Below, piece by piece: positions 8,490 to 17,600 of a stretch of DNA of 31,811 nucleotides (positions within the stretch are counted from its first letter, which is position 1; each line of letters starts with the position of its first letter). The notes under the pieces are model-generated. The model ran no database searches and was not told the origin of the DNA. It was given only the letters and a program-made list of their open reading frames with translations. Position numbers and translations under genes: made by a program. This DNA is from Actinomycetes bacterium (GTDB lineage: Bacteria; Actinomycetota; Actinomycetes; Propionibacteriales; Propionibacteriaceae). The DNA is taken from the NCBI GenBank assembly GCA_009785885.1, contig WQUE01000068.1, positions 1-31,811 of the forward strand, in the 5' to 3' direction.

Positions 8490-9323
8490 ATGGTGGCGGG
8501 GGCGACCGAGGCGCTGGAGCGCACCGTGGCGTCGTTGAGGCAGACGACGCCAGGTGCCCCGGTGTGCTGCGGGGTGGATCTCGGCACCGCCTCGATCATC
8601 GTCGTCGTCCTCGGGGAGGGCGGCGTGCCGCTGGCCTGCGAGATGGAGCCCTGCCGGGTCGCCCGCGACGGGCTCATCGTCGACCATCTCGGGGCGATCC
8701 GCATCGTGCGGCGGCTCACGGACCGTCTGCGCGAGCGCCTCGGGGCCGATCTCGGCCCGGCGGCCATCGCCGTCCCCCCGGGCACCGTGCCCGCCAGCGC
8801 GTCCACCCACCGGCACGTCGCCGAGGCGGCCGGGCTGGAGGTGACGGCGGTGCTCGACGAACCCACGGCGGCCAACGCAGTGCTCGGCCTCGTCGACGGC
8901 GCCGTGGTCGACATCGGCGGCGGCACGACCGGACTGTCGGTGTTCAAGGGATCCCGGGTGATGTACGTCGCCGACGAGGCCACCGGCGGAGTGCACATGA
9001 ACCTCGTCCTCATGGGCCGTCTGGGCATGACGTTCGAGCAGGCCGAGGCGTACAAGGTCGATCCGGTGAACGCGGACGACGTGCGGCAGGCCGTGCGTCC
9101 CGTCGCCGAGAAGATGGCGAGCATCGCCGCCGATCATCTCGCGGGCTGCCCGGTGGACCAGGTGTGGCTGGTCGGAGGCACGGCCGGGTTGGCGGGGATC
9201 GAGGAGGTCTTCGCGGATGCCTTGGGCGCGCCGACGGCGAAACCACCGCATCCCATGATGGTGACCCCGCTCGGCATCGCCCGGTCGGTGTTGCGGTCCT
9301 GTGGCGAGGCGGTGGCCGCGTGA
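8490..9323 (+). CDS. eutJ: Ethanolamine utilisation protein EutJ (actin/Hsp70-like ATPase)
   Basis: GVDLGTASI, RDGLIVDHLGA, LDEPTAAN, VVDIGGGTTG, DEATGGVH, EQAEAYK, LVGGT, TPLGIA. Confidence 0.92.
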   Translation: MVAGATEALERTVASLRQTTPGAPVCCGVDLGTASIIVVVLGEGGVPLACEMEPCRVARDGLIVDHLGAIRIVRRLTDRLRERLGADLGPAAIAVPPGTVPASASTHRHVAEAAGLEVTAVLDEPTAANAVLGLVDGAVVDIGGGTTGLSVFKGSRVMYVADEATGGVHMNLVLMGRLGMTFEQAEAYKVDPVNADDVRQAVRPVAEKMASIAADHLAGCPVDQVWLVGGTAGLAGIEEVFADALGAPTAKPPHPMMVTPLGIARSVLRSCGEAVAA

Positions 9324-10750
9324 AGGACGTGCTCACCTCCGTCGGGATCGACATCGGGACGACGACGTCCCAGGTCGTGTTCTCCCACATCACGATCGAG
9401 GATCTCTCCAGCGGGTTCACCGTGCCGCGCGTCGAGATCGTCGACAAGGAGATCGTCTACCGGGGCGACATCTGTTTCACGCCGCTGACCTCGCCGACCA
9501 CGATCGACGCGGTCGCGTTGCGTGACCTGGTCACGCGCGCGTACGACCAGGCCGGCGTGGCGCCGGGCGAGGTCAAGACGGGCGCGGTCGTGATCACCGG
9601 GGAGACGGCCCGCAAGGAGAACGCCGCGGAGGTGCTGGCGCACCTGTCGGACCTGGCGGGGGATTTCGTCGTGGCGACGGCGGGGCCGACGCTGGAGAGC
9701 GTCATCGCGGGACGCGGGGCCGGCGCCGATGCGGCGTCGAAGCGGCTGGGCTCCACGGTGGCGAACTACGACATCGGCGGAGGCACCAGCAACTTCGCGC
9801 TGTTCGACCGTGGTGCCCCGGCCAGCGCCGGCTGCCTCGACATCGGAGGACGACTGGTCCGCATCGACCGGGCGCGCGGCGCCATCACCTACGTGGCTCC
9901 GAAGATCGCCCGCCTGTGCAACGACGCGGGCATCCGGTGCGCTGTCGGCGACGTGGCCGACCTCGCCCGCTTGCGTCGCGTGGCGCGTGCCATGTGCGAC
10001 CTGCTGGAGATGAGCCTGGGTCTGGCGCCGAAGTCGGCGTTCTATCCCACGATCCTCACCGAACCGGGGCACGACGTGATGCTCCCGAAGCCGATCGGGC
10101 ATCTCATGTTCTCCGGCGGGGTTGCCGACTGCGTGCGGGACGCCAGTCGTGAACCGTTCGCGTACGGCGACCTGGGTGTGCTGCTCGGCGCGGCGATCCG
10201 GGACTCGGCGGGGCTGTCACGGATCCCCCGGCTGGACGCCGCCGAGACGATCCGTGCGACCGTCGTCGGTGCGGGCACGCACATCACGGAACTGTCGGGG
10301 TCGACGATCGAGTACGACGCGTCCCTGCTGCCGATCAAGAACGTGCCGATTCTCAAGCTGTCCCGCGACGAGGAGGCGGACCCCGCGGCCATGGGCACCT
10401 CGATCCGCGACCGGCTGGGTTGGTTCGCCGCGGACGGCCCGGCTGCGCCCGTCGCCATCGCCTTCGCCGGACCGGCCAGCCCAACGTTCGCCCGGGTCCA
10501 GGAGTTGGCGCGCGTCATCGTCGAGGCGATGGCGCCACGCGTCGCCGAGGGGGCACCCGTGATCGTCGTCACCGAGTCGGACCTGGCGAAGGTCCTGGGG
10601 CAGTCGCTGCGCGCCCATCTGGGCGCCCGGCACGGATTCATCTGTATTGACGGCATCGCGGTGGAGGGGGGTGACTACGTCGATATCGGCGCACCCGCCG
10701 CGGCGGGGGTCGTCTTACCCGTCGTGGTGAAGACCCTCGCTTTCCGATGA
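9320..10750 (+). CDS. eutA: Ethanolamine ammonia-lyase reactivating factor EutA
   Basis: SVGIDIGTTTSQVVFS, GAVVITGETARKENA, GDFVVATAGP, NYDIGGGTSN, FSGGVAD, ETIRATVVGAG. GTG start overlaps the eutJ stop. Confidence 0.93.
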   Translation: MKDVLTSVGIDIGTTTSQVVFSHITIEDLSSGFTVPRVEIVDKEIVYRGDICFTPLTSPTTIDAVALRDLVTRAYDQAGVAPGEVKTGAVVITGETARKENAAEVLAHLSDLAGDFVVATAGPTLESVIAGRGAGADAASKRLGSTVANYDIGGGTSNFALFDRGAPASAGCLDIGGRLVRIDRARGAITYVAPKIARLCNDAGIRCAVGDVADLARLRRVARAMCDLLEMSLGLAPKSAFYPTILTEPGHDVMLPKPIGHLMFSGGVADCVRDASREPFAYGDLGVLLGAAIRDSAGLSRIPRLDAAETIRATVVGAGTHITELSGSTIEYDASLLPIKNVPILKLSRDEEADPAAMGTSIRDRLGWFAADGPAAPVAIAFAGPASPTFARVQELARVIVEAMAPRVAEGAPVIVVTESDLAKVLGQSLRAHLGARHGFICIDGIAVEGGDYVDIGAPAAAGVVLPVVVKTLAFR

Positions 10751-10781
10751 AGCGTTCGATCAAGCAAAGGAGTGAAGGACA

Positions 10782-12167
10782 GTGAAGCTCAAGACAACGC
10801 TGCTGGGCAAGACGTACGCCTTCCGCGACATCAAGGATGTCCTGGCGAAGGCCAACGAAGTCAAGTCCGGCGACCAACTCGCCGGCATCGCCGCGGAAAC
10901 CGCGCAGGAGCGCGTCGCGGCCAAGGTTGTGCTGGCCGATCTGCTCGTCGGCGACGTGCGCAACGCCCCGGTCGTGCCGTACGAGGACGACGAGGTCACC
11001 CGGATCATCCAGGACGACGTGAACGAGCGCATCTACGACTCCATCAAGAACATGACGATGGCCGAGCTGCGTGAATACATCCTCGACGATGCGACGACGA
11101 CCAACGATGTGCGGCGGCTGTCGCGCGGCTTGACGAGCGAGGTCGTCGCCGGGGTCGCCAAACTGATGAGCAACCTCGACCTGATGCTCGGCGCGAAGAA
11201 ATGCGTCGTGCAGGCCCACTGCAACACGACGATCGGCGGCGAAGGCGTGTTCGGGACGCGGTTGCAGCCCAACCATCCCACCGACGATCCGGACGGCGTG
11301 CTGGCCGAGGTGATGGAGGGTCTGGCCTATGGGGTGGGCGACGCGGTGATCGGGCTGAACCCGGTCGAGGATTCGGTGGCGAACACGACGCGCATCCTCG
11401 ACCTGTTCGCCGATTTCCAGGACACCTGGAACGTGCCCACGCAATGCTGTGTCCTCGCGCACGTCACCACGCAGATGGCGGCGATCGAGGCCGGTGCGCG
11501 CTCGGATCTGATCTTCCAGTCGATCGCCGGGTCGCAACTCGGCAACGAGGCGTTCGCGGTCACCGGCCGCGTGCTGCAGGACGCGCGGGACCTCATGGCC
11601 TCTCGCGGGGGATCCACCGGCCCGAACGTCATGTACTTCGAGACGGGCCAGGGTTCGGAGCTCAGCTCCAACGCCCACCACGGCGCCGACCAGGTGACGA
11701 TGGAGGCGCGCTGCTACGGCTTCGCGAAACGGTTCCAGCCGTTCCTGGTGAACACCGTGGTCGGATTCATCGGCCCCGAATACCTGTACGACTCGACGCA
11801 GGTCACGCGCGCGGGCCTGGAGGACCACTTCATGGGCAAGCTCACCGGCGTCCCCATGGGCTGCGACGCGTGCTACACGAATCACACGAAAGCCGACCAG
11901 AACGATATCGAGAATCTGGCGGTCCTGCTCGTCGCGTCCGGCTGCAACTACGTGATGGGTGTGCCCCACGGCGACGACATCATGCTCATGTACCAGTGCA
12001 CGGGGTATCACGAGGCCGAGAGCCTGCGGGCGCTGTTCGGCAAGACGGCGATCCCCGAATTCGAGAAATGGATGGTCGACATGGAGCTGATCACGCCGGA
12101 GCGCAAGCTGACGGACCGGTTCGGCGACGCCTCCATCTTCCTGACCGAGCGGCAAGGAGCACGCTGA
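10782..12167 (+). CDS. eutB: Ethanolamine ammonia-lyase large subunit
   Basis: LAKANEVKSGDQLAG, RLQPNHPTDD, MYFETGQGSELS, NTVVGFIGPEYLYD, LEDHFMGKL, GCDACYTNH. Confidence 0.97.
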   Translation: MKLKTTLLGKTYAFRDIKDVLAKANEVKSGDQLAGIAAETAQERVAAKVVLADLLVGDVRNAPVVPYEDDEVTRIIQDDVNERIYDSIKNMTMAELREYILDDATTTNDVRRLSRGLTSEVVAGVAKLMSNLDLMLGAKKCVVQAHCNTTIGGEGVFGTRLQPNHPTDDPDGVLAEVMEGLAYGVGDAVIGLNPVEDSVANTTRILDLFADFQDTWNVPTQCCVLAHVTTQMAAIEAGARSDLIFQSIAGSQLGNEAFAVTGRVLQDARDLMASRGGSTGPNVMYFETGQGSELSSNAHHGADQVTMEARCYGFAKRFQPFLVNTVVGFIGPEYLYDSTQVTRAGLEDHFMGKLTGVPMGCDACYTNHTKADQNDIENLAVLLVASGCNYVMGVPHGDDIMLMYQCTGYHEAESLRALFGKTAIPEFEKWMVDMELITPERKLTDRFGDASIFLTERQGAR

Positions 12168-13021
12168 TGAACGAAGACGATATCGCACGGCTCGTCCGGG
12201 AAGTCCTGGCGGACATCACCGCCCGAAACGCCGTCCCGGCGGATGCCGCATCGCCGGGGGAAGGCGATGAGGCGCCCGACGTCACGGCAGTCACCACGAG
12301 GGACGAATTCCACGTGCCCCATCCGGCGAACCGGGAGGGCTATCTGGCGATGAAGCAGTCCACCGTTGCGCGGCTGGGCGTGTGGCGGGCCGGACCGCGC
12401 TACAACACGTATTCGATGCTGCATTTCCGGGCCGACCACGCGACGGCCCAGGACGCGGTGTTCACCGATGTCGATCCCGGCTGGGTCACCGGGCAAGGGT
12501 TCATCGCCGGCCAGTCCTTGTGCCACAGCAAGGACGAATTCCTCACCCGGCCCGATCTGGGACGCAAGTTGAACGACGAGACGCGCGACCTGTTCCGCCG
12601 GGAACTCACCCGCTCGACGGTGACCATCATGGTCGGGGACGGCCTGTCCAGTTCGGCGATGGTGAACGTGCCCGAAATCCTGCCGGCCGTGAAGCAGGGC
12701 CTGCAGGGGTTCGGGATCGAGGCCGGCCCGGTGGCCTACGTCAAGTATTGCCGGGTCGGCGCCATGGATGACGTCGGGCAGCTGATCGGGTCGGATGTCG
12801 TCCTGCTGCTGATCGGTGAGCGCCCCGGGCTGGCGACGGGCGAGTCGATGAGCGCCTACATGGCCTACCAGCCGCGCCCGGACCGCCCGGAGAGCTGGCG
12901 CACCGTCGTGTCGAACATCTACCGCGGCGGCACGCCGCCGGCCGAGGCCGGCGCGCACATCGCCACCCTGCTCAAACGGATGCTCGACGAGAAGATTTCC
13001 GGCGTCGACCTCAAGCTGTAG
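12167..13021 (+). CDS. eutC: Ethanolamine ammonia-lyase small subunit with N-terminal encapsulation-peptide-like helix
   Basis: ARLGVWRAGPRY, FRADHATAQDAV, FLTRPDLGRKL, GDGLSS, LIGERPGL, ESMSAYMAY, VSNI. TGATG coupling to eutB. Confidence 0.95.
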   Translation: MNEDDIARLVREVLADITARNAVPADAASPGEGDEAPDVTAVTTRDEFHVPHPANREGYLAMKQSTVARLGVWRAGPRYNTYSMLHFRADHATAQDAVFTDVDPGWVTGQGFIAGQSLCHSKDEFLTRPDLGRKLNDETRDLFRRELTRSTVTIMVGDGLSSSAMVNVPEILPAVKQGLQGFGIEAGPVAYVKYCRVGAMDDVGQLIGSDVVLLLIGERPGLATGESMSAYMAYQPRPDRPESWRTVVSNIYRGGTPPAEAGAHIATLLKRMLDEKISGVDLKL

Positions 13022-13047
13022 GCGCGCCCCGACCCAAGGAGTTGACC

Positions 13048-14493
13048 ATGGACATGCTGGATCCGGATCTTGCCTCGGTGCAGGAGGCGCGCACGTTGAT
13101 CCGTGCCGCCACCGCCGCCCAGGCGACGCTGGCCACGTTCTCGCAGGCACAGGTGGATGCGATCTGCGCCGCGATGGCGCGAGCCGGGACCGAACACGCC
13201 GAGGAACTCGCGCGGATGGCCGTCGACGAGACGGGCATGGGGCGCGTCCCCGACAAGACGATCAAGAACCGGTTCGGGTCGGCGACCGTGTGGGAGGCGA
13301 TCGCCGACGTCCCCACCGTGGGCGTCCTCGCCGAGCATCCGGACCGCGGCGTGACCGAGGTCGGCGTGCCCATGGGCGTGATCGCGGGCATCATCCCGAC
13401 GACCAACCCCACATCCACCGCGATGTTCAAGGCGATCATCGCGGTCAAGGCGGGCAACGCGATCGTCATGTCGCCACATCCCGGCGCGAAGGCGTGCACC
13501 CTGGCGGCGACCGCGATCGTTGCCCGTGCCGGCGAGGCCGCCGGGGCACCGCCCGGCCTCGTGGCGTGCCTCGCCCACCCGACGATGGCGGCGACGCACG
13601 AGGTGATGACCCATCCGGACGTCGCGTTGATCCTCGCCACGGGCGGGGGTGCGATGGTGAAGGCGGCCTACTCGTCCGGCAAACCGGCGCTCGGTGTCGG
13701 GCCGGGGAACGGCCCCGCGTTCATTGAGCGGTCCGCGGACATCCCGGCCGCCGTGCGGCGCATCATCGACTCCAAGACGTTCGACAACGGGACGATCTGC
13801 GCCTCGGAACAGTCCGTCGTGACCGAGGACGCGATCCGCGGCGACGTGATCGCCGAATTCGAACGCCAGGGCGGGTTCTTCCTCGACGGCCCCGCCAAGG
13901 ACGCCGTCGGCGCGATCCTCATGCGGGCAACCGGCACGATGAACCCGGCGATCGTCGGACAGACCGCGCCGCGCATCGCCGAGATGGCGGGCGTCGCGGT
14001 ACCTTCGGGCACGCGGGTGCTGCTCGGCGTGGAGACGAACGTGGGCCCGGCCTTCCCGTACTCGCGGGAGAAGCTGTGCCCGGTGCTCGGCTTCTACTCC
14101 CGGCCGGACTGGCGCAGCGCGTGCGACCTGTGTCTCGACATCCTGCGGCACGAGGGGGCCGGGCACACCATGTCGATCCACTCCCGCGACGAGGACGTCA
14201 TCCGCGAGTTCGGGCTGCGCAAGCCGGTGTCACGGCTGCTCGTCAACACGCCGGCCGCGCTCGGCGGCGTCGGGGTGACCACCGGCCTGCAGCCGTCCCT
14301 CACGCTCGGCTGCGGCGCCGTCGGCGGGAACGCGTCGGCCGACAACATCGGGCCGCTGAACCTGCTCAACATCCGGCGGGTCGCCCGTGGGTTGCGCGAA
14401 CTGGACGACGTCCGGACCGGCACCGAACCGCGCCGCGAGGGCGGCGACGTGGAGCGGGTCGTGCGACTCGTCCTCGCGCAACTGGGCCGGTGA
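13048..14493 (+). CDS. eutE: CoA-acylating acetaldehyde dehydrogenase EutE
   Basis: AVDETGMG, IPTTNPTST, ATGGGAMVKAAYSSGKPALGVGPGN, KTFDNGTICASEQ, EKLCPVL, TLGCG. Start at ATG 13048 after AAGGAG. Confidence 0.9.
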   Translation: MDMLDPDLASVQEARTLIRAATAAQATLATFSQAQVDAICAAMARAGTEHAEELARMAVDETGMGRVPDKTIKNRFGSATVWEAIADVPTVGVLAEHPDRGVTEVGVPMGVIAGIIPTTNPTSTAMFKAIIAVKAGNAIVMSPHPGAKACTLAATAIVARAGEAAGAPPGLVACLAHPTMAATHEVMTHPDVALILATGGGAMVKAAYSSGKPALGVGPGNGPAFIERSADIPAAVRRIIDSKTFDNGTICASEQSVVTEDAIRGDVIAEFERQGGFFLDGPAKDAVGAILMRATGTMNPAIVGQTAPRIAEMAGVAVPSGTRVLLGVETNVGPAFPYSREKLCPVLGFYSRPDWRSACDLCLDILRHEGAGHTMSIHSRDEDVIREFGLRKPVSRLLVNTPAALGGVGVTTGLQPSLTLGCGAVGGNASADNIGPLNLLNIRRVARGLRELDDVRTGTEPRREGGDVERVVRLVLAQLGR

Positions 14494-14600
14494 CTCCCGC
14501 CCGCACTGCGAGGTCACCCGCATCCCGCCCACGCTCGCGACAACCGACTGGCGGACCGGCGCCGGCCACACACCACGTCCCATCCACCGGAAGGACCGTC

Positions 14601-14852
14601 ATGGACAACGAACAGCTGGTCGCCACGGTGACCAAGATCGTCATCGAGCGCTTGGCGCACCCCGCATCGGGCGTGCCCCATCACCGTATCGGCACTCCCG
14701 GTGTCGTCGATCTGTCGGGCCGGAAGGTCGTGGGGGAGCGCGACGTCCGCGACCTGGGGTCCGGCGTCGTCGTCAAGGTCGGCCCGCGGGCGATCGTCAC
14801 GGCCCTGGCGGCGGATCTCGTCCGCAGTCGGGGCGGCACGATCGCCCGCTGA
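14601..14852 (+). CDS. 83-aa eut-associated protein: encapsulation-peptide-like N-terminus plus a module resembling the EutQ N-terminal region
   Basis: MDNEQLVATVTKIVIERL ... RKVVGERDVRDL...AIVTALAADLVRSRG. SD-like GAAGGA; GC3-rich codons. Confidence 0.65.
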   Translation: MDNEQLVATVTKIVIERLAHPASGVPHHRIGTPGVVDLSGRKVVGERDVRDLGSGVVVKVGPRAIVTALAADLVRSRGGTIAR

Positions 14853-14874
14853 AACCGGCGGTCGGGCACATGAC

Positions 14875-15057
14875 ATGAGAGGTGGCACAGGCGCATGGAT
14901 ACTCGCCGTCGTCTTCTTCGCGAGCGGCGCGACGATGCTGAAGCGGGCCTCCGCCCCTGGCGCGGTCCGCCGGGTCGGTTTCGGCTACTTCATGCTGCTC
15001 CTCGGCGTCCTGGTCTGCCTCTACTGGATCGTCGACGGATGGGGAGCCGGCGGCTGA
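14875..15057 (+). CDS. Hypothetical 60-aa membrane protein with two hydrophobic segments
   Basis: WILAVVFFASGATML and VGFGYFMLLLGVLVCLYWIV; GC3-rich codons; no clear SD. Confidence 0.45.
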   Translation: MRGGTGAWILAVVFFASGATMLKRASAPGAVRRVGFGYFMLLLGVLVCLYWIVDGWGAGG

Positions 15058-15135
15058 GAGGGGGCTGAATCGCCCCGGGTCAGCCGGGCGGTGGGCAGTG
15101 GCGCCCACGACGGACACGACACTCAAGGAGGAGAA

Positions 15136-16383
15136 ATGGCTTCGGTCAGTCAGATCATCATCTACATCATGCTGGCGTTCATGGTCGTCGGCGTTATCGA
15201 CAAGGTGTTCTTCAATAACCGGTGGGGGTACGGCGAGAAATTCGAGGAGGGCATGTCGGCGATGGGCGTCCTGGCGCTGGCGATGGTCGGCATCATGTGC
15301 CTGGCCCCGGTGCTGGGCGCATGGCTGCAGCGACCGGTGGGGGCGGTGTTCGGACTTGTCGGCGCCGATCCCGCCATGTTCGCCGGGTCGCTCCTGGCGA
15401 ACGACATGGGCGGTTTCCCGCTCGCCGGGGCGATGACGTCCGATCAGGGCGTGCATGTGCTGTCGGGCCTGTTCATGGGCTGCATGATGGGCGCCACGAT
15501 CGTGTTTTCGATCCCGGTGTCCCTCGGCATCATCGACAGGGAGGACCGCCCGTTCCTCGCCCGGGGCATGCTGGCCGGTTTCATCTCGATCCCGTTCGGG
15601 GTGTTCCTGGCGGGTGTGCTGTACATGATCAGCTACAACGGCACGGTCGACGGGGCAGCCCATCCGCTGTCGTTCGGCAAGATTCTGGTGAATCTGGTGC
15701 CGTCCGCCGTGCTGGCGATCCTGCTCGCGGTCGGGCTCGCGCTGATCCCGAATGGCATGATGAAGGGCTTCAACGTGTTCGCGGTGTTCATCTCCGGGGC
15801 GATCACGTTGATGCTGGCGCTCGCGATCGTCAACAAGCTGGGCCTGCTGCTAGGGCCGGCCGGGGCGGACGGGAAATCGCTCGTCAGCTGGATCCCGTTC
15901 GTCGGCGTGGACGGGGCGGGCGGAGCGCGTCAGATGGCCCCGATCGGTCCCCAGTTGGAGACGTGCGGGATCATCGCGATCACGCTCGCCGGAGCGTTCC
16001 CGTTCGTGCACTTCGTCAGCACCGTGCTCTCCAAGCCTGTCGGTGCCCTCGGCCGGCTCCTGGGCGTGAACCAGGCAGCCGCGACCGGCATGATCGCTGC
16101 CTTGGCGAACAACATTCCCATGTTCGGCACGCTGAAGACTTTTGACAACCGGGGCAAAGTGCTGGCCGTGGCGTTCTCGGTGTGTGCATCGTTCGCGCTC
16201 GGCGACCATCTCGGCTATGCCGCCGGGGTGGCCCCGGATGCGATTTTCGCCATGGTCGTCGGGAAGATCGCCGGCGGCATCATCGGCATCGTCGTGGCGA
16301 TGCTGCTCGCGGTGCGGGGCCTCGAGGTCGTCCGTGGCGCGGCCGGGGGCGTCGTCGCCGCCGCCGATGCCGGAGCGGCCTGA
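15136..16383 (+). CDS. eutH: Ethanolamine permease EutH
   Basis: QIIIYIMLAF, FEEGMSAMG..ALAMVG, MFAGSLLANDMGGF, MGATIVFSIPV, ANNIPMF, ALGDHLG. SD AAGGAGGAG. Confidence 0.93.
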   Translation: MASVSQIIIYIMLAFMVVGVIDKVFFNNRWGYGEKFEEGMSAMGVLALAMVGIMCLAPVLGAWLQRPVGAVFGLVGADPAMFAGSLLANDMGGFPLAGAMTSDQGVHVLSGLFMGCMMGATIVFSIPVSLGIIDREDRPFLARGMLAGFISIPFGVFLAGVLYMISYNGTVDGAAHPLSFGKILVNLVPSAVLAILLAVGLALIPNGMMKGFNVFAVFISGAITLMLALAIVNKLGLLLGPAGADGKSLVSWIPFVGVDGAGGARQMAPIGPQLETCGIIAITLAGAFPFVHFVSTVLSKPVGALGRLLGVNQAAATGMIAALANNIPMFGTLKTFDNRGKVLAVAFSVCASFALGDHLGYAAGVAPDAIFAMVVGKIAGGIIGIVVAMLLAVRGLEVVRGAAGGVVAAADAGAA

Positions 16384-16517
16384 CGGGCTGTCTCGCTACT
16401 CGGACGGAGTGAGGCCCGGGCCATTCCTGCTGTCGATGCGCCGGGCCGGGGGCCTGAAGCCCATGTCTGTCGTGCCCGATGGTCCGCGGGCGGTCGGACT
16501 GGGGCACAATGAGAGGC

Positions 16518-16835
16518 ATGGACACGGGTCCGGGCACGGGTCGGCCGACCGAATCAGGTACGGCCGTACTGGAACGCCCCGCACCGGTGAAGCACCTGGC
16601 CCATCCGTGGCAGACGGTTGTCTGGAACGACCCGGTGAATCTCATGACCTACGTGACCTACGTGTTCTCGACCTACTTCGGCTATCCGCGCGACGAGGCG
16701 GAACGGCTGATGATGCTCGTGCACACCGAAGGCCGTGCGATCGTGTCGCGCGGCGGCCGGGAGCAGATGGAGCGGGACGTGAACGCCCTCCACGAGTACG
16801 GCCTGTGGGCGACCATGGAGCAGGTGGCGCCATGA
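16518..16835 (+). CDS. clpS: Clp protease adaptor ClpS
   Basis: PWQTVVWNDPVNLMTYV, LMMLVHTEG, LHEYGLWAT. Start is 16518 or 16509. Confidence 0.93.
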   Translation: MDTGPGTGRPTESGTAVLERPAPVKHLAHPWQTVVWNDPVNLMTYVTYVFSTYFGYPRDEAERLMMLVHTEGRAIVSRGGREQMERDVNALHEYGLWATMEQVAP

Positions 16836-17443
16836 GCCGTTGCCGTTGCGGCCCCAACGTCCTGCTGACGCAACTCGATCCCGACGAGTTGGTGCTGCTG
16901 GGTCAGCTGATCGAGGCCTTGCGTCGCGCCGTCGCGAATCCGGTGCTCGGGGGACGCCTGCCCGAGGTCGTGGTCGCCGAGCCCGGTAGCGACGACGAGC
17001 AGCTGGCCTGGTTGGCCGCCCAGTTCGCCGCGCCCGGCGGGGACGGTCCCGGGGCGGGCGACCTGCCCGATCCGGCGCTGCGGCGGCTGTTCCCCGACCC
17101 GTGCCCGACCGACCCGGAGGTGTCGGCGGACCTGCGCCGTCTGACGCTGACCGAGCAGCGCCAGGCCAAGATCCGGGCTTCCCAGACGGTGCTGGACGAC
17201 ATGACATCCGTGGACGCCGCCGGCGTCATCCCCGTCCAGCCCGACCGGGCCGTCGACTGGATGATGACGCTCACGGCGGTGCGGCTGCTGCTCGCCGCCC
17301 GGATGGGCATCGAGAAGGACGAGGACGAGGAGGCCATGGAGCGCCTGGCCGAGGACGACCCGGACTACTGGGCCTACACGGTCTACATGTGGCTTGGCTG
17401 GTTGCAGGAGTCGATGCTCGACTGCCTCATCGACCTCGACTGA
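16832..17443 (+). CDS. DUF2017-like actinobacterial protein
   Basis: DPALRRLFPDP, LRRLT..Q..AK, WMMTLTAVRLLLAARMG, VYMWLGWLQE. ATGA-coupled to clpS, its usual neighbour. Confidence 0.75.
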   Translation: MSRCRCGPNVLLTQLDPDELVLLGQLIEALRRAVANPVLGGRLPEVVVAEPGSDDEQLAWLAAQFAAPGGDGPGAGDLPDPALRRLFPDPCPTDPEVSADLRRLTLTEQRQAKIRASQTVLDDMTSVDAAGVIPVQPDRAVDWMMTLTAVRLLLAARMGIEKDEDEEAMERLAEDDPDYWAYTVYMWLGWLQESMLDCLIDLD

Positions 17444-17600
17444 GCCGGCCGGGACTGACGGATCCCGGGCCCACGAGAGCACTTGGCTGCCCGAGCTTTC
17501 CTGAATGAGCCGAGTTCTGACGGCTCCCGGGGTGCCTGCGGCGTTGTCGGTGGAGCGAAGCGGGGGAGAGAACGGCGTGGGCGTCTAGACTGGGGCGTCT

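Noticed and set aside
10760-10781. AGCAAAGGAGTG before eutB as an ANTAR hairpin
   Set aside because: The loop fits A1/G4 but the stem is only 2 bp; it is better explained as the SD.
14494-14600. BMC hexamer remnant (HTPRP-like peptide) between eutE and the 83-aa gene
   Set aside because: Similarity to HVIPRPH is too short to support.
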